Part shown: piece after piece, positions 21,815-23,664 of the stretch
Layout of the letters: each line of letters opens with the position of its first letter
Numbering within the stretch: the stretch's first letter is position 1
Source of the DNA: Blastocystis sp. subtype 4
Lineage: Eukaryota
NCBI RefSeq assembly: GCF_000743755.1
Contig: NW_014569537.1
Span: forward strand, 62,001-85,664
DNA: 23,664 bases
Direction of reading: 5' to 3'
Notes under the pieces: generated by a model
The model's input: only the letters and a program-made list of their open reading frames with translations
The model's database searches: none
What the model was told of the DNA's origin: nothing
Made by a program: the position numbers and the translations under genes

Positions 21815-22921
21815 TTACTTAGTTCCAGGAACGATCCATCTGGGATTGACTTCACCTCCCAACATTCCCTTAAGAGCAAATTCGGCGGCCATCTCTCCCA
21901 TGCGAGTACGTGTAGCAACGGAAGCAGAAGCAATGTGAGGAAGAATCACAACATTTGGCATCTTGAGCAGAGGATTGTCAGGAAGAACAGGTTCAGGATC
22001 AGAGACATCCAAACCAGCTCCTCCAATAATACCCTCCTGCAGAGCCTTTGTGAGATCAACCTGGTTAATAACAGGTCCACGTGATGTGTTAATGATGATA
22101 GCATCCTTCTTCATAAGTTTGAACTTTTCCATGTTAAACATACCACGAGTATGTTGATTCAACGTTGTATGAATTGAAATGAAATCGCTCTGCTTCAAGA
22201 ATTCATCCATAGGCAAGTAGGTCATTTGATAGTCATTCTCCCAATCTTCCTTACGACGGATATCTGTGTACACAATCTTACATCCGAATCCACGCATTCT
22301 CTTCACAACCTCAAGACCAATCTCTCCCATACCACAAACTCCAAAGGTCTTTCCGTAAACATCTGTTCCACAGTAACCAAGAGGTTCCCAGGTTCCCCAT
22401 CCTCCATTGCGAACAGAATCAATAGCAGGACTCAGACGACGTGTGGTAGCGAGCAACAGAGCGACAGTAAGCTCGGCGACAGTGCGGTGCATGACACCGG
22501 GAGTATGGCCACAGAAGATACCTCTCTTCTTGCACTCGGCAATGTCAAAGTGATCGAAACCAACAGACATGGAAGCAACAGTCTTCAGTTGGGGACCAGC
22601 AGCATCAAAGAACTCAGCGTTGATCTTATCGGTCAGCAAGCAAAGGCAGGCATCACATCCCTTAATATCCTTAAGAAGCTTGTCGCGAGGAATAGCCTTG
22701 TCGGGATAATCCCAACAAATGACGTCAATAGGAGCATCAGTCAACATCTTCATAGCTGAAGCAGGAAGCTGTCGAGTAACAAGGATCTACGAATTAGCAA
22801 TGACGAAAAACAGTACTTTCGGCTTTGCAGCTGATGCAAAAGCACGAACAGTCGCCAAAGAACTAGAATGAACACAAGATCGAAAAAAGTACCTCTTAGA
22901 AGCCAGTCTCAGTGCCAACAT
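21815..22921 (-). CDS. GRHPR: Glyoxylate/hydroxypyruvate reductase (D-2-hydroxyacid dehydrogenase) with a mitochondrial-type presequence
   Basis: Two 30-nt introns give MLALRLASKSSLATVRAFASAAKPKILVTRQLP. Motifs SVGFDH, GMGEIG, NTSRG, GLDVSDPEP and LPHIAS. Confidence 0.88.
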
Positions 22922-23458
22922 TACTTCAAAAGAAAGATAAAATCAAGATGATTTTGAATCTAAAGGATCCACAAAGAAACAGAGAAATCGAGTAACCATA
23001 ATGATTGGTGTTCCCCTATGCATGACTCGCTATTCCTTGATTATCAATTGTTTTCTATAATCTGCTGGTTCAAAACACTATTCAATGATACGATTCTTTG
23101 ATAGATCCAGAGAGTTGATTTCTCGAAGATAATATGATCGGCCACATAAAAAGGATGGAACTTTGAATACCATGGACTAACCATTAAAACGCATTAGGAT
23201 ATATCCTATTAGATTAGTAAGGGAATATAGTGTTTCTTGGTACGAGATCATTCTCAACTCCGTACGAAAGTGCTCTTGTGTTCATTATTCTAGAATTGTT
23301 GTCTAGATGGAATGGGCATTCAGACTACCAAAATCCAGCTTCGTATGGTAATTACGAACAACATTCGTTCCTTTTGTCCCTTTCTCCTTCTCACTCGATT
23401 GATTTCTCTTGCATTTACCAGATTTGTTACATTGTTTGTCACAGAATCAATAACAGAT

Positions 23459-23468
23459 AACCGCGGTT
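23459..23468. promoter_or_regulatory. Palindromic candidate promoter motif AACCGCGGTT
   Basis: Perfect 10-bp palindrome 31 nt upstream of the ATG at 23500. Confidence 0.35.
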
Positions 23469-23499
23469 CTTCTACATCAAACACAATTTGTTTTTCGAA

Positions 23500-23664
23500 A
23501 TGTCTTCTTCAATGATTTGGGATAGCACAGGTTCTGATGTAAATGGTGCCTTTGCTCCTGAAGTATGTAATCAGTTGGATGCCATCTTTAAGCCTAATAA
23601 TGTTGCTCTGATTGGTGCTTCGGAGCGTGAAGGAAGTGTCAGTAAGACAATTCTCATGAATTTG
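23500..23664 (+). CDS. N-terminal CoA-binding domain of an ADP-forming acyl-CoA synthetase / Pat(YfiQ)-type protein, partial
   Basis: 55 open codons to the window edge ending QLDAIFKPNNVALIGASEREGSVSKTILMNL, matching the family start motif LxxxFxPxxVAxIGAS. Not in the ORF track. Confidence 0.8.
   Translation, partial: MSSSMIWDSTGSDVNGAFAPEVCNQLDAIFKPNNVALIGASEREGSVSKTILMNL

Noticed and set aside
21773..22759. Plus-strand ORFs opposite GRHPR (103, 64 and 177 aa)
   Set aside because: Antisense shadows of a codon-biased gene, with no motifs of their own.
1..23664. tRNA, rRNA, CRISPR arrays, transposons
   Set aside because: No cloverleaf, rRNA motif, spaced repeat array, terminal repeats or transposase/RT motif was seen.

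Overview
Eukaryotic, extremely gene-dense nuclear DNA that behaves like the gut stramenopile Blastocystis. Nearly every gene is broken by ~28-40 nt GT-AG introns, intergenic gaps are mostly under 150 bp, and a TGTTT(G/C)TT element follows most genes. Manual splicing gives 16 protein-coding genes, two of them cut by the window edges. In order: a coiled-coil protein (partial), a 76-aa KAT14/CSRP2BP-like microprotein, phosphomannomutase, a SMAP-like ArfGAP, a dolichyl-pyrophosphatase, a LIM-ER/K-helix-villin-headpiece protein, glutaminyl-tRNA synthetase, TMEM170, a repeat-built membrane protein, RPL35, a CBS-pair/voltage-sensor/PTEN-type phosphatase, a membrane-anchored GH13 pseudo-enzyme, a PIG-O-like GPI transferase, a FAM135-like lipase, an organelle-targeted glyoxylate/hydroxypyruvate reductase and the start of an ADP-forming acyl-CoA synthetase-like gene. 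The highlights are: (1) a CBS-VSD-PTP-C2 fusion; (2) two adjacent genes whose stop codons appear to be completed by polyadenylation; (3) a probable 38-nt AT-AC (U12-type) intron; (4) a catalytically degenerate type II membrane GH13 protein; (5) a back-to-back bidirectional poly(A) element; (6) a recurrent CCGCGGTT promoter-like motif. All gene models and family calls come from reading by eye and recalled motifs. No searches were run.
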